NCBI RefSeq assembly: GCF_001194135.2
Contig: NC_068985.1
Span: 47,938,920-48,002,919, forward strand
DNA length: 64,000 nt
Reading direction: 5' to 3'
From: Octopus bimaculoides
Lineage: Eukaryota
Shown here: in pieces, positions 26,001 through 40,253 of the stretch
Layout: each line of letters opens with the position of its first letter
How positions within the stretch are numbered: position 1 is the first letter of the stretch
Notes under the pieces: generated by a model
What the model was told of the DNA's origin: nothing
The model's input: only the letters and a program-made list of their open reading frames with translations
Databases searched by the model: none
Program-made: the position numbers and the translations under genes

Positions 26001-26599
26001 CTGCTGGCATTTGTTGGACGGATTTCAGATACGAAAGATTGTTGAGATATGATTTTGTAGATCATTAAAATGTTCCTACGGGCACTTCAAGAAATTGTTT
26101 TATTCTGTATACAAATGTGAGCTATTCTTTGGTTCGTTACTCCATATCTGGAAATTGATGTGAAGATCAACAAGATTTGAGGATCTTCGACTGATGTAAG
26201 GATCAGCAAGAGCTAAAACTTGGCCGACATCCATCATTGGTCTTTCGAACGACGCAGCTACTCTTCTAACAAGAGCATTCGCGTCTTATCTTCGATTCGG
26301 TCTTAGCTGTATACAAATAACTACATATTTAGAGAACATGGATGAACCGACATTTTGAAAGTGAATTTGACAGAAAAAATCGTGATATTTATCATGGTTG
26401 GAGCGTTTCATGATATATTCAGAGGAAGTTTGCAAAATGGTGGAAATTACCAAAGGAACACATCACGAGGAACTTTTCGAAAATTAACGTAGAAGGCATA
26501 GAGCAAGTGCGGGCACCGGCAAGTGAACGCAAATTATATATTTTTGATTTTGAGCATCAATCATTAATGATCGGTTTCTTGGAGAAAGACAAATAAGTA

Positions 26600-26791
26600 T
26601 TCTTTTAGTTGTTTCAGTCATTTTACTGCGGCCATGCTGGAGCACCGCCATTAGTCGAACAAATCGATCCCAGGACCTAATCTTTTAAAGCCTAGTATCT
26701 TATTTTGTCGGTCTTTTGCTGAAACGGTAGGTGGAGGGGACGTAAACACATCGGTTGTCAAAGTGATCGAGGGGGACAAACAAAGACACAC

Positions 26792-26833
<42 letters not shown>

Positions 26834-27510
26834 CTTTGATCAGAGAACAAACATCAAATTCGAATCAACGACTTTATATATATCATCACGTCTCCAAACA
26901 TTTGATCATATATAAATATTACCATCGCCTTTCAACATATAAAGAATACATATATAAAAAAACACAGAAGGTAAAAAATATATATTCAGATAAAAGTAAA
27001 GTTATATAGAACGGCCTATCATGAAGGTATATACAATCGGCTAAAAATTCTAAAGCGTATCATGCGACTCTAAATCAAAATAAAATAAAATATCAATTAA
27101 CTAAAAAGATTTTTCTTACTAACCTCAAACAAAAAAATATATATCAAAAAAGTTCATTTCATAAAAGCCATGGTGGGTTGGAGTCTAGAAGCGTAAAAAA
27201 GTTCCACAAAATCAAGTCAAACACATCTATTTCCATTTCGGGAGTTCACTGCCGCGGTTCGAGTACGAGTTACGATGCATTTCAGCAATCACCCCCTCAT
27301 CAGCATCAACAGGAATCTCAACAAATTATTCGTTCAATATATATATATATATATTCGACGGGTTTCTTTCAGTTTCCCTCTACCAAATCCATTCATAAGG
27401 CTGTAGTCGGTTTGAGGCTATAGCAGAAAACACTTGTCCAAGGTGCCACACAGTGGAACTGAACCTGGAATCATGTGGTGGGTAAACAAGCTTCTTGTGA
27501 CACAGCCAAG
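26600..27510 (-). mobile_element. SINE family B split by an insertion of about 520 bp in its internal (TA)n
   Basis: Tail at 26600-26790 (gtttcagtcattttactgcggccatgctggagcaccgcc), head at 27345-27510 (gggtttctttcagtttcc.tctaccaaatcc...gtgccacacagtgg), with (TA)n on both sides of the insert. Confidence 0.8.
27267..27310 (-). ncRNA. Degenerate minimal hammerhead motif inside the insert
   Basis: Minus strand CUGAUGA gggggugauugcu GAAA ugca UC guaacuc. Core and palindromic AUGCAU are present; stems I and II pair poorly. Confidence 0.4.
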
Positions 27511-27605
27511 CAACATTTTCTCTAATTACTCTAGTCAAAACTGTTCCTTATTGAAAGTGAGAAGAATTTTTTTTTTTAATTGTTACTAAATGGTATAAGC
27601 ATTTA

Positions 27606-27805
27606 AATACTGATTTCAAATTTTGGCACCAAGCCAGCAATTTCAGAGGAGGAGATAAGTCGATTACATCGACCCCCAGTGTTTAATTGGTACTTATTTT
27701 AACGACTAAGAAAGGATGAAATGCAAAGTCGACCTCAGTAGAATTGGAATCGTAAAAACAGACGAAATGCGCTCTGCCAATTCACCGTATTATATTAATA
27801 CTGAT
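27606..27805 (-). mobile_element. SINE family A with possible 9-bp TSD (aatactgat)
   Basis: Reverse-complement family A core gtcgattacatcgaccccc...ggtacttatttt...aaagtcgacctc; aatactgat at 27606 and 27797. Confidence 0.8.
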
Positions 27806-30800
27806 ATAAATAAGTAAAAAGATAAAAGAAAACAATAAAATTAACCATAAATTATTTTATATCAATTGATATAAAAAAACATTATTATAGTTCGAAGGTG
27901 AAAATAGTAAATACGAAGTTAAGTGAAAAGGGTTATGTTAATTATTTTAAACAAAATAATTATATACATTAGTGGAGATTTAATCATTATAATCAATATT
28001 TAAATATGTTATAGATAATATGTATTTCATTATACATAAGATTATTATACAATCAAATTTAATTGCAACTTCATAATTTATAGCTTATGAATCACATATA
28101 CGTCAGGCTTACAAATTACAGATTTTATAGCTTTATATGGATTAAAGATAGTTTTATAGATTGCAGTTTATGAATCACATTTATGTATATCGTTGGTAGT
28201 AGTACTCCAGCATGAAAATATTAAACTTACTTATCAGTTTATTGGTTATACTTTCACCACATGTATTTTACCATCGGTCTTCTTACCGTCAGAACTGCAT
28301 CTGATATACCAGCTTCTTATAAACAATCGTCTTCGTCTTTCTCGTCGACTTTCGTTTTTCTTTTTCTCTGCCCTTCTATACACACTTCCTTCATACATTT
28401 CTACAGTAAATTAACGAGTAGTAAATAATTATATCCATTTAACCGACGACACATTTCACAACTCCCGCATATGAGAACCCTCAATTTAATCATTTCATCC
28501 GCATCCAGTATCGTTTTACGTAGGTATATATATTATGTTGTGTCATAAGTGCCTTGGTAAGATATGTTTTCAGCCACCCCTAGATACCTGTAACATTGCT
28601 AGTCTGGTTAACAGTTTTTCCCCTTTTCACACTCATGCAACAACATGTATCCTGACCAAACTCTAACCATGTATACTTTTAATGTTTACAACCCATGCTA
28701 CAACAATTAAAATAACTCCGGTCATTTCGGTGACGTTGTACGTTGAAGCGTATTATTTGCAAGCAATATCTTGATAACTCGGTTAATTAGAATGCGCATT
28801 GACTATTAAAATGGAATCGAGTAAAAGGCGTTGCAGATTGGTTAATGAAAGCAACAAACGCTGGATGAGATCGCTTAATATTTACGAAATAGTGGTGAAT
28901 GTATCTGAGCGAAAATTTCTACTAACGCGGTGTCTGTAAGAATAAGTTCGAAATTATTCAAAATGTTAACAAGAGGTTCCGAGTGAAGAAATTGTAAAGG
29001 AACAAATACAGGCAGTCACACAGTCTCATACGTTCTCATACAGATATACACGTTTACACACATACATAAATACACGGAACACACATATATGCATACTCAC
29101 ATGTATGTATACATAATGCCCACTCGGTAAATATACATGTGTATGTGTATAGATACGCAGAGACGTCCACACACGCACAGCTGGTACGATCGTTTTGATT
29201 ATCATCTGAGAATATAGACAAATGTACGACTAACACGTTTTCTATGATTTTGTATGTATGTATACATGTATGTATGCATATGTGTATACGCGTATGTGTG
29301 TGTATAAACATGTATGCGTGTGTAGTGCGCACACGCGTGTGTATGTGTGTGTGTGTGTGTGTGCGTGTGTGTACCTATATATGCGCACATAGATTATGTA
29401 TGTAATGTATGAATATAGAAGAACAAGAGAGAAGACGAGTTGGACAGAGGAGAGTGAGAGATATGGGGAAAATGAAGGAGGCGGAGAAACTAATCAAACG
29501 GATGGTTAAACTCGATCAGTTTAGACTGAAATAAATAGCCAAATGTATGTGGACATGTAGACTGAATTCCGTATCGCTACACAGTAACAATTAATCAAGT
29601 ATAAAAGCTGTAGGATAAGAATTGCACTAAAGAGCTACATATATTCGGAGAACTCAGTTGAAATAATAATTAGTTATTCTGTTATTAAGGGTTTAATTAG
29701 CTGTACAGCAAATCCTGTGCAACAGAGTGAGAAACGAAGACAAATTTTTGATATAATTTACTGAAACTCTCGTGTAACAATAATAATAATAAAAAAAGCT
29801 GCGAAATTGCTTCGTAAACGTAAATGAAGTTTTACTAATATTTATATATACGGAGGTACATTCACTCGCACAAACATTTGCATAAAACAGAAGCGCGCGA
29901 ACTCATACAACGACGAAAATGACATTAAAAAATGATACAAAACGAATGCAAATTTTTGATTAGTTATGAATAGTTTCATGCTTAGAGAGGAATTGAGATT
30001 ATAAAAGTTCTTTCGACGGTTCGAGCCTACGTACATTTTATGGAAATATATTAGAAGACAGAAATTTCACAGAGAATAGAGAATTATCCATATATATATA
30101 TGTATATACTTAAATATATACATATGTGTGTTCATACACACACACAGACACACGCATATATATATATGTATATATANNNNNNNNNNATATAAGTACATAC
30201 AGGTGCGGTGATGTTTGAAGACAAATAATTACCAATTAATTACACACACAAGCATACACACACACACGCTTACACACACTTACGCGAGACAAAAGAGGTA
30301 GATACCAATATCGTTGGAAATAAAGGGCTGTATTTATTAAAGGATACAGATGTGGATACTTACTTTCGATGATCGTCTCACTTCTGCAGTTGTTGCAAGA
30401 TGGGTGTGCATGCCCCCATTGATTACGAAAAGGCGATTGTATATGTATGTATGTGTGTATGTATGTACGTATGCATGTATGTATGTATGTATGTATGTAT
30501 GTATGTATGTATGTATATGTCAGATTGTAGAGGTGAGAAGATAAAAAGTAATATTTGCGAGAGGTTCATTGCGCAAGAATCTTTCTTCCAGTATTTCAAT
30601 GATTATCCGTTATATTAGTTTAGAGCCAGAGCTACATACTGTTATATATAACTGCTCCTTAGTTGAAATTTGATGTATATAATGCATTAACAGAGATCTA
30701 TTAACAGCATCATTGAGATAAAATAAAAATGTTATTTCTTTGCGTGTTAGTACTTTTGATTTCAACTCTGATCCCATTTGATATTACTTACGTCCATATT

Positions 30801-32381
30801 TGGTTGGCCAAATAAAGAACCAATTAAGTAATGAGGTTGATTTTCGTGGGAGTCGTCCAGAAAATAGTAATGCAATAGTGTTTATAACAAGCTTTATGCC
30901 TATGTTGCAATGCATTATGTATTTTTACAATGAAGTATTTATTGTTAACCGGAACAGATACTCAGTGAAAGAACACAATATGCAAAAAGTTTTTGATGGG
31001 TTGTAATGCATTTTAAGAGACAGTAATAAAGTTTCTTTTTTATATTTTCTTTTTCTACACTTCTTCAGAAGAGATGGGAAAAAAAGAAAGTTGACCGTTT
31101 TGAGAAAGATCTATGAAGAAGCATAATGAGTCAGTGATATGTTGGTTCATAAGGAATGAGAAAATTAAAGACAAAGCTTCCGATGTAGATGAATTTTCAA
31201 TTTATTCTTCCAATGAAAATTAAATACGGCGGACAAAGTGAATACATAATATTATATTTCATAACCAAATAATATGTAGTTAGTGTTTAGTAAAACACAG
31301 TAATAAGAACGAAATGAGAAATGAATTTGAACTTGCAGAGAGTTGATCTTCAAAACGAAGAAAACATAATATGAAAGCAAACGTATAAATATTGTGAGAG
31401 TCTAAGTGCAATAAAACTCGAGTGATAGGGTAACGATACAAATTAAATTCCTATACATGAGTGGAAAAGCACCGACTTACTTTAGTAGTGGCACGAAGAC
31501 TAATTAGTTTGAAGATCAATAAGATGTCAGTAATACAGTAAGCTACCTGATTCAAAATTCTTTAAGGCAACAGACACTAATGGCTTGCTTACATCACTAA
31601 TATGCCAATGCTTAGCAGGCCAGGTATTGCGGTCGACAACAGTGAACTTTCCGATCAGCTTCTAATCGTTTCCATCCGTTGAGATATAATCGGAAATAAC
31701 TAGTCTCCGAAGTGAAATACATACCCAAAGTGTCAACCTTTCATTCCTTACAATCATATTCTCCTCATACACTTCTATAGGTGCAGAAGTGGCATACAGG
31801 AAAGAAGCTTGCTGTGCATCTCAGTGGTCTTCGTTTTTAACCCATTGCACGGCCTGCCAAAAGATTGTAATTGGAATCTTGTACAAAAAACTGTTCTTAG
31901 GAACCATTCTTATTCTTGAGTAGTGGATATAAGCCATCACATATCATGGTATTGTTACATAGTCTTCATGAGCTTTAGTAGAATTCACGCTGTTGTATGC
32001 AACAGGCACAGGTCTCCCCTCTAGAGGTGTCTCTCTTTCGTCTTCTAACCAACTTCTTCAGTTCCGAGAAATGATGTGGCCACGCAAGCGCATGGACTTA
32101 CCGGCAAACAACCTTATACATATAAAATGTGCCCTGCTCTTAATCATGCGACGATTCCTGCTTGTATATATTTTCCAAAAGAAAATATAAATTTTAAAAT
32201 ATCAAAAAAAATATCAAATATTTCCACCCAGTGAATTTAGATCCATTTTGCAATCGGTTAATCGATCAGTCAACCACTTAATCCATCAATAAATTATTGA
32301 TGTAGATTAACAGATTCTCACGATTCATATCAGTGTTACAGGTTTCCGAGTGGATAAGATACACATAATTCTGGAAATGAT

Positions 32382-32616
32382 GAAGAAGAAGAAGAAGAAG
32401 AAGAAGAAGAAGAAGAAGAAGAAGAAGAAGAAGAAGAAGAAGAAAAAGAAGAAGAAGAAGAAGAAGAAGAGAAGAAGAAAAAGAAGAAGAAAAAGAAGAA
32501 GAAGAAAAAGAAGAAGAAGAAGAGAAGAAGAAAAAGAAGAAGAAGAAGAAGAAGAAGAAGAAGAAGAAGAAAAAGAAGAATAAGAAGTAGAAGAAGAAGA
32601 AGTAGAGAAAAAGAAG

Positions 32617-32648
<32 letters not shown>

Positions 32649-32823
32649 GAGAAGAAGAAAAAGAAGAAGAAGGAGAAGAAGAGAAGAAGAAAAAGAAGAA
32701 GAAGAAGAAGAATAAGAAGAGAAGAAGAAGAAGAAGAAAAAGAAGAAGAAGAAGAAGAAGAAGAAGAAGAAGAAGAAGAAGAAAAAGAAAAAGAAGAAGA
32801 AAAAGAAGAAGAAGAAAAAGAAG

Positions 32824-32855
<32 letters not shown>

Positions 32856-33013
32856 GAGAAGAAGAAAAAGAAGAAGAGAAGAAGAAGAAGAAGAAGAAGA
32901 AGAAGAAGGAGAAGAAGAAAAAGAAGAAGAAGAAGAAGTAGAAGAAAAATAAGAAGAAGAAGAAGAAGAAGAAGAGAAGAAGAAGAAGAAGAAGAAGAAA
33001 AAGAAGAAGAAGA
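32382..33013. repeat. About 630-bp interrupted (GAA)n polypurine tract
   Basis: Direct inspection; source of the long poly-F/L/S/K/E pseudo-ORFs. Confidence 0.98.
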
Positions 33014-34146
33014 GGTGTTCGTCCACCTAGGTAAGTACCTTCCATTATTTACTTCAGTACCGTGCCTTCTGAGTTCAGTAAATCTCAGTGTCAACTATGC
33101 CTTTTATCGCGCCAGGTGGGACAGATAACAGTCTGGGCGAGAAAAGGACAGTAAAGGCGAGAAAAGGAAAGTAAAGGCGAGAGCATGAAACCTAATTCCA
33201 TGTGGTGTGGCACATATTTTGTCATATTTGGGTGGAAATGTAATCAATCACTTGTCAGTTGGTGAGGATTCAGAAGATGCAAGAATGCGGGTCAGGTCTT
33301 CGGTGTAGAGATGCGGGTTTTCTTGTCTCTTACAAACCTCGGAATCCCTTCCCTTTTGACAAAGACAGAGAAGGAAATTATAGTGATTATACAGCAGAAC
33401 AATAATATAAACAGTAACATGAATTTTAAAAAGAACTAGTGTTAAAAACAGGAAGTTATGTAACATGTCCAAGACATAGGAGACGGAAATGCTTAAGAAT
33501 GGGAAAATTTTGTAACACATGAACAAAAAGTTGAAGTAATTTCCTAAAACCGAAGAAAAAGGAAAAATATAATACTTAAAAAAAAAATATGTATGAAGAA
33601 ACGAAAAGAAAATACGAGATACAAACAAACGAAGAAAAAAATTCATAGCCACCATCGCAGATTATGTAAGAGGGTTTAAAAAGTACGATGTTTCAAAAAA
33701 AATTAAAACCTCTGTTTTTAGACATGTCTGTGAATTCATTTAGCTTCAGAATGGATTGCACAACCGTTAAATTTAATACATGCGATAGTTTTTCAGCAAA
33801 GTTAAAAAGCATGTCTTCGGTTACGGCAATTTCCAAATGTTTCAGTTTACCATCTGTCCGATATTCCGTATTTCCATTTTTTCCGTGACTTCATGTTTTC
33901 CTTTGTCTTTTTGTATTTCACTATTGGTGGTATACTTTTCTATACTCTTCTTCATTTCGTTATCTTTTTTTTAACCTCTTGTACTTTATACATATATATG
34001 TTTGTGCGTGTGTGTATGTATGTGTGTGTCTGTGTGTGAGTGCATGTGTGTGTTTGTGTATACATAAATATGCATATATATGTATATATGTGTGTATATG
34101 TATATGCATGCAAGCATATACATGTATATATTATATATGTATAAGC

Positions 34147-34260
<114 letters not shown>

Positions 34261-34386
34261 TATATTTAATAACCCGATGTATACAGAATATTCGATACGT
34301 AAAAAGCACATGCGTAATATATATATAATATACATATATAAAACTTATATGACGGTAAAACATATTATAATCCTTATTAATATTTA

Positions 34387-34855
34387 TCTGGTAGAACGAC
34401 TCCGGGCGAATTGCTTAGCGGTATTTCGCCCGCCGTAACATTCAACCGATGTCAGCTTTGCCTTTCGTCCTTTCGGGGTCGATGAAAAAGTATAAGTTAA
34501 GCACTGGGGTCGATATAATCGACTGGCCCCCTATCCCCAAAATGTTCAAGACCTTGTGCCCAGAGAAGAAATAACTATAATTATCATTATTATTAATCTG
34601 GTAGAATCGTTAGCACACAGGGCGAAATTCTTAGCGGTGTTTCGCCTGCCGCTTCATCCTTTCACAGTCGATAAATTTAGTACTAGTCGAGTACTGGGGT
34701 CGATGTAATCGTCTATCCCCCTCCTCACAAATATTAGGCCATGTACCTATAGTAGAAAGGATTATTATTATTAATCATTAGCGGTATTTTGCCCGCCGCT
34801 ACATTCTGATTTCAAATTCCACCGAGGTCAACTTTGCCTTTCATCCTTTTGGGGT
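34387..34855 (+). mobile_element. Three head-to-tail SINE family A copies
   Basis: Copies start at about 34387, 34597 and 34773, each following the (att)n tail of the previous one; the third is truncated at the Dong remnant. Confidence 0.85.
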
Positions 34856-34860
34856 ACATT

Positions 34861-37620
34861 TATGTCGATTGGGACAGTCATATCAATGAGGTAGCATGAT
34901 TTTTGTCTGAAATCTTTCAACATGACGTCTGTCCTATTCGTATCTTTCTGTCAGTGGTGGTGCATTCTATAAATTGTCAACGATTTTCGCATTTTTCTGT
35001 CAAGATTGCATATTTCATTAAGTGACCAGTTAATGATATTGAAAATCACGATCGGTATGGCTAAAGTATTGATCGCTTCGACCCTGTTCCTTGCATTCAG
35101 CTTTGTCTCGAATATTTCCCTTAGCCTGCGATAACATTCTCTTCAGATCCTTTCCCATATCACTGAATTTTATATTCCGTCCCCTTCAAATACCCATAGG
35201 TATTTGTAGATCTCTGCTGACATTCCTTTGCGCTCCTTTATGCTCTTTTATGACATTCTGCTGGTCAAGATTAACATTGGAAGTTTCTGTCACTTTGTCT
35301 TTGATAAACGTAGCTTTTGCACATTTATCGAGGCCAGATTGCATCCTGATGTCAACACTGAATTATTTAACAATCGCTAGTAAGCCCTGGAGTTGTTGGT
35401 TATTGGTTATTTTTTTACAAAGAACTTTAAATCATTCATGTAAATGAGATGATTTATATTTTTATCAAACATTTTATAAATGTATTGTACATCATTGAGA
35501 AATTTCAAGAGCGGTATTAAGGCTAGACAAAAGAAGAGAGGTGATAGAGAGTCACCCTGGAAAATGCCACATGAAATTCTTACATCTCCAGTATTAAGAG
35601 ATTCATTGTCACTGTTCAAAAATCAGTCTAGTTCTCTATGATCTCTTACTTACAGAAAAGAAGTTTCGCAGATTACGTTATATATAATACATTTCGAGAC
35701 ATCTCTTAATCCAACTGTGTGGTAGGCAATCAAAAGTTTTTTTATAGTCTATCCAGGCTATCGACATATTTTTGTGTCGTTTGTGACAATCTTCCAAGAT
35801 CATCTTATTGATGAGTAACCGATCTTTACAACCATAGGACCCACGTTTACATCCTTTCTGTTCATTTGGGAATATGCCACATTCTATTTAAAAAAACTAT
35901 AGGTATATTCAGTCAAGTCAGATGTTGGCTTTGTTGTTAAGCTGGTTATGGATCTATAATTCTTTGGTTCATTTGCTTCTTCATGTTTTAGAAGTATGAA
36001 TTAACTAGCCAAGAGCGAATCATAGTAGGTTGTTGCAAAACATGGTTGTTAAGTTTTGTTAGCAGTTCATGGCTCTCTGGGAAGGCATTCAACCAGAAGT
36101 TAGGAATGTTATCCTTTCCTGGAGACTTCCATTTGCTTGACTTTCTAAGAGCAGATCTTACATCCGCTACCTTGATACCCTCCTGCTTATGAGTCTAAGT
36201 CTGGAGATATTCTATCAAGCCAAAAGAACCTTTTCATTGTGTATTCTTTCTTCTGCTCAGATTTTATTCCAAAATTCCTGTACTTCTTCTTTTGATGGGA
36301 CAGACTTTGCTTATCTTCCTGTAAAACCTTTTGGGGTTATCTTTGAACATGTTGTTGTCCTTGAAGAGTCTAACGCGCTTTTCATACCTTGCCAAGCGGG
36401 CACCCTTAGCACATACCTTTTGCTTGATGGTTTCTATGGTGGTATCGATGTCATGTTTGGTTTTCATATCATATTTTTTCTTTAATCTTCGGCTTTTTGT
36501 TAGTTTATTTTTAAAAATATTCTATGTCAGACCTAAGTTGCTGAATTTGGTGTTGAATACGCACTTGCCGAGTAGGCACATTGTGGGAATGTTGTAGTTT
36601 TCTTATCTTTTCACTGCATAGAATCATTGAAACTTTCGTGGATGCACAGTACAGGTGGTTGAGATCTCTAATATAAACATCATTAGCTGAAATTATATGC
36701 TTAAGTGCCAGGCGGATTTTACCAATTATTTTCAGGTTTTGGTTAGAATTACGAATTTTTGGGAGATTGTCGTGTTCATTCACATTAGTGTCTTTAATTT
36801 TCAGCTATTCAGTAATGATTTGATTTTTTTAGATCATGCAGTTCTGTTGGGTTAATTTCTGTGTGACTTTCTGCATCTATTTGATTTTCATCTGCCTTTG
36901 TGTTTATGGTTGGTTCAGAGAGTATTTCACTTTGTTTATCAGTTAGACTGACTCTTTAAATCATTATTACATTTTTACCAGCTTTGGGCTGGTCTATAAT
37001 TATTTCCTCTGTAGTATTTTCTTTAGCTGCAACTTCGTTCATTTTATCCCTTACTGATTGTTTAATTTGGTTAATCTCTAATTCAGATAGTAACTTCTTT
37101 TTCATAAAGTTTCTTCTGACGTTGGCAAGTTTGTTACTGTCTATGTAGGGTCTTACTTAAAGGTATTTCTGTCTCCAGTTTAAGTAGGCTTCTACAGTAT
37201 TAGATTTATTTGTGGTGAAATATATAACATGATAGAAAGCTGCATGAACTGCTTTATTATCTCCCCTAGATCATTCTTCATTCTTTTTGTTTTGGTTATT
37301 TGATAATGATCATGGATGGCCATCTGTTGGAATATTCCGGTTGTTTGGTACTTCCAGCTCCTGTGTTTCGGGAAAATTTGAACCAGTAGCTGATTTTTTG
37401 CCTCGAATCTGGTTCAACATTCGATTACGCGATCCTTGGTGTTCCGGTTGATGACTGATTCGGTTTGTATTTTGCTTTGTATTCACTGAGGCATGACGAG
37501 CTTGCACGTTGTTATTAGGGGACGGATATGTCTGTTTAGGGTTAATTTTTTGAGACAACACCGCCTCCAAGTTCTCTTCATGTAAACATTGCTAGTAACG
37601 AGGCTTCTTAAGCCTAACGG
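34861..37620 (-). mobile_element. R4/Dong-clade (restriction-like endonuclease) non-LTR retrotransposon remnant with an internal deletion
   Basis: RT motifs GIFQGDSLSPLFFCLALIPL and HLIYMNDLK (ORF 35407..35619); N-terminal KQKVCAKGARLARYEKR...F..NPKRFY; at the left end NRTDVMLKDFRQKSCYLIDMTVPID, matching the REL motif RPDI...D....C..ID..VP.D. Confidence 0.9.
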
Positions 37621-38162
37621 ATCTGTGTTTTTTTATAGATTTATCTCTGGGCATAGTTATTTGTCATGTTTTTTAAACTTATGAATCGTTCGCTCTGTCT
37701 GTGTTAGTTCGGAAAATATAAAATTGTTTTGCTTTGTTTTTTTTTTGTATTTGCTTCGTTTGTGACACGTGTTCTCATATGCGTGTATGTGTGTCCTGTA
37801 TATTTCACGTAGTTGTGTAAATATTGTGTAATACCTATTGTTATTGAAATGTATATATGATTGTATAAACATTCGAGTGCATGCGTAATTACTCAATTGA
37901 TATACTTAATGTTTTGTTCCATTTACATTTTATAATTTGTAAACTTTCCGGTGTTGATTTCGCGTGTGTTTCCCACGTGTTTCACTGAGACATCGTGCAT
38001 ACGAGAAGCTGTGCCTTGTATGGCAGTAAGATTCCGTTAAAAGACTGATTCCTTCAAGTCTTCAACAGGTTCCTTTAACCCATTCGACCGATGTTATTAG
38101 ATAAGATTTGTTTTTGCATGGAGTGCCCGATGTATCACATCCGTGTTGCTATTCAGCGCGGA

Positions 38163-38330
<168 letters not shown>

Positions 38331-39944
38331 AAGATTTCACAGCTATGGCATTACTCCTTCATAGTCAACAATGTGCTTTAGGGCCCACCGGCGTATATTG
38401 CTAGGAAAAGAAAATTCCTTCGATCCCAGCAAGAATCACAGAGCTTGATTATGTTATTAAGTATGCAATACTAAATACATGGAATTAATTATGTATACAG
38501 CCCCAAGGTCCATGTAAAATATAATTATTCAATGAAAACCAAGACTGAATGAGACACCTAGAAATTGCAGACATACAGGTGCCGATGTGCAATGCCATTT
38601 GTATGTGTGATGTGAATCAAAGTCTAATTACACCGCTATGCAGCGGGGGGTCTTGTCTTTGATGGGAATCAAGAAATCGAAAGTAAATTAAACGCTTTCA
38701 AGAGGCAAACAACGGCATTATGGTAATCTCTCCTCTCTTTTATCATATATCTCGGTTATATATCATATAAATGATGGAGGTTTATAATGCAAGAATCGGC
38801 ATCAATGAAGTAATATAAGGCCTTTACTAGAACCATTTTAATAACAACTTTTACTACACCACAGAGCAAAATTTTCTGTGTTTACGAATGCAGTCCCTAC
38901 TTAGAAGATATATATATGTGTGTGGGGGGGGGGGAGTGTGTGCGTGTGTGTGTGTGTGCATGTAAATGTATGTCTCTGTGTGTACCTGTGTGTGTGGTTT
39001 GGTGTGTATATACATATACATGTATTTGTTATTTGTTATATGTTATGTGATTTGGATTATATTGTGTAATGAAAATACTCTAAATAATATGTGCATATGT
39101 CTAAAACTATTTTCTGCTTACTGTAATTATTTGTATGTCAAACGGTTTCGCTTATTTAATTTTCTACATCTTTTAAAATCATTCTCAAAGCATTTATTTT
39201 TCGATGTGGCTTTGTTGTTATGAAATGTCTCATTCTGCATATCTCTTTTTCAGCCTCCTTATATTTCGATAATTCTCTATTTGGTTTAGTGAGACATTAT
39301 CATCTGTTATGACTGATGACTTCTGTACGAGGCAGGTCATTATCTGAGGGTCCTCTTTTACAATAATATTCTGTAGATTACAGTTTAACTCTCGCTATGT
39401 CTGACATAGAGTAATCTAGAACACATTTACTTTATCTTTCCCTGAGACTTCTTCGGGTATATACTTATAGTAGACCAACTCTATCCGTATTACATAAGCG
39501 TGACACAATTTTCAATGTATGAAAGCTTCAAAATTGTCATGTCTGTAGCTGTATTCTCATTTCTCTGAGTTTAGACAATATGAGATAACACGGTTAATTG
39601 CCTTTTCTTAATATCCTTAAGATATGAAGTAACTTAACATATTCTGTTTCATCACATGCTTTTGGTAGGACTTTTGTATGTGGGAAGACTTTGATCATAT
39701 TCCCTAGGCAAAAGTCATTTCAGTCGTAATGTGATTGGTCTGCTCAGTCACTCTTGAAATATTTCTTTATGTATATTTCAACCGTATTAATTTTTTCCTC
39801 AAAATATTTGCCGTATCGGTGATTTGCTTGTCATTACTATGTACTCATATTTTGTAATCTAATATTGCGCTTATTGTTGAACTTTTTCAAAATATCTGCT
39901 GTTGCATCACCGTTCTCTTCCTATCTATCTATTAGCCTAGCAGG

Positions 39945-40253
39945 GAAGGTGCGTGGCTTAGTGATTAAGATATTCGGTTCACGATCATAATGTCGTGAGT
40001 TCAATTCCCGACGACCCGTTGTGTCTTTTAGGAATACACTTTATTTCGCGCTGCTCTAGTCCACTCAGCTGTCAGAAATGAGTAGTACCTGTATTTCAAA
40101 GGGCCAGTCTTGTCACACTTTGTGAATCTCTGTGAAAACTACGTTAGGGGTACACGTGTCTGTGGAGTACTCAGCCATTTTGCACGTTAATTTCACGAGC
40201 AGGCTGTTCCGTCGATCAACTGGAACACTCATCGTTGTAACCGACGGAGTGCC
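39945..40253 (+). mobile_element. SINE family C, tail type 2
   Basis: gcgtggcttagtg A-box, gagttcaattcc B-box and the same central domain as 22514, but a different 3' half ending gtaaccgacggagtgcc. Confidence 0.85.

Noticed and set aside
32278-33094. ORFs of 233-255 aa
   Set aside because: Translations of the (GAA)n tract; no evidence of coding function.
33690-33885. 64-codon minus-strand open frame (GKLKHLEIAVTEDMLFNFAEKLSHVL...) with a faint death-domain-like look
   Set aside because: In-frame stop just upstream, no pyrimidine-rich acceptor, and the resemblance is too weak to support.
37965-38075. Minus-strand ctgttga-agac...gtct and gaaacacgtg motifs
   Set aside because: The half-motifs are not correctly juxtaposed and there is no UH cleavage site.
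39374-39420. Nested small hairpins (tagattac/gtaatcta around ctatgtc/gacatag); similar 7-10 bp hairpins at about 5072, 8905 and 40945
   Set aside because: Short stems of this kind are expected by chance in AT-rich or microsatellite sequence.
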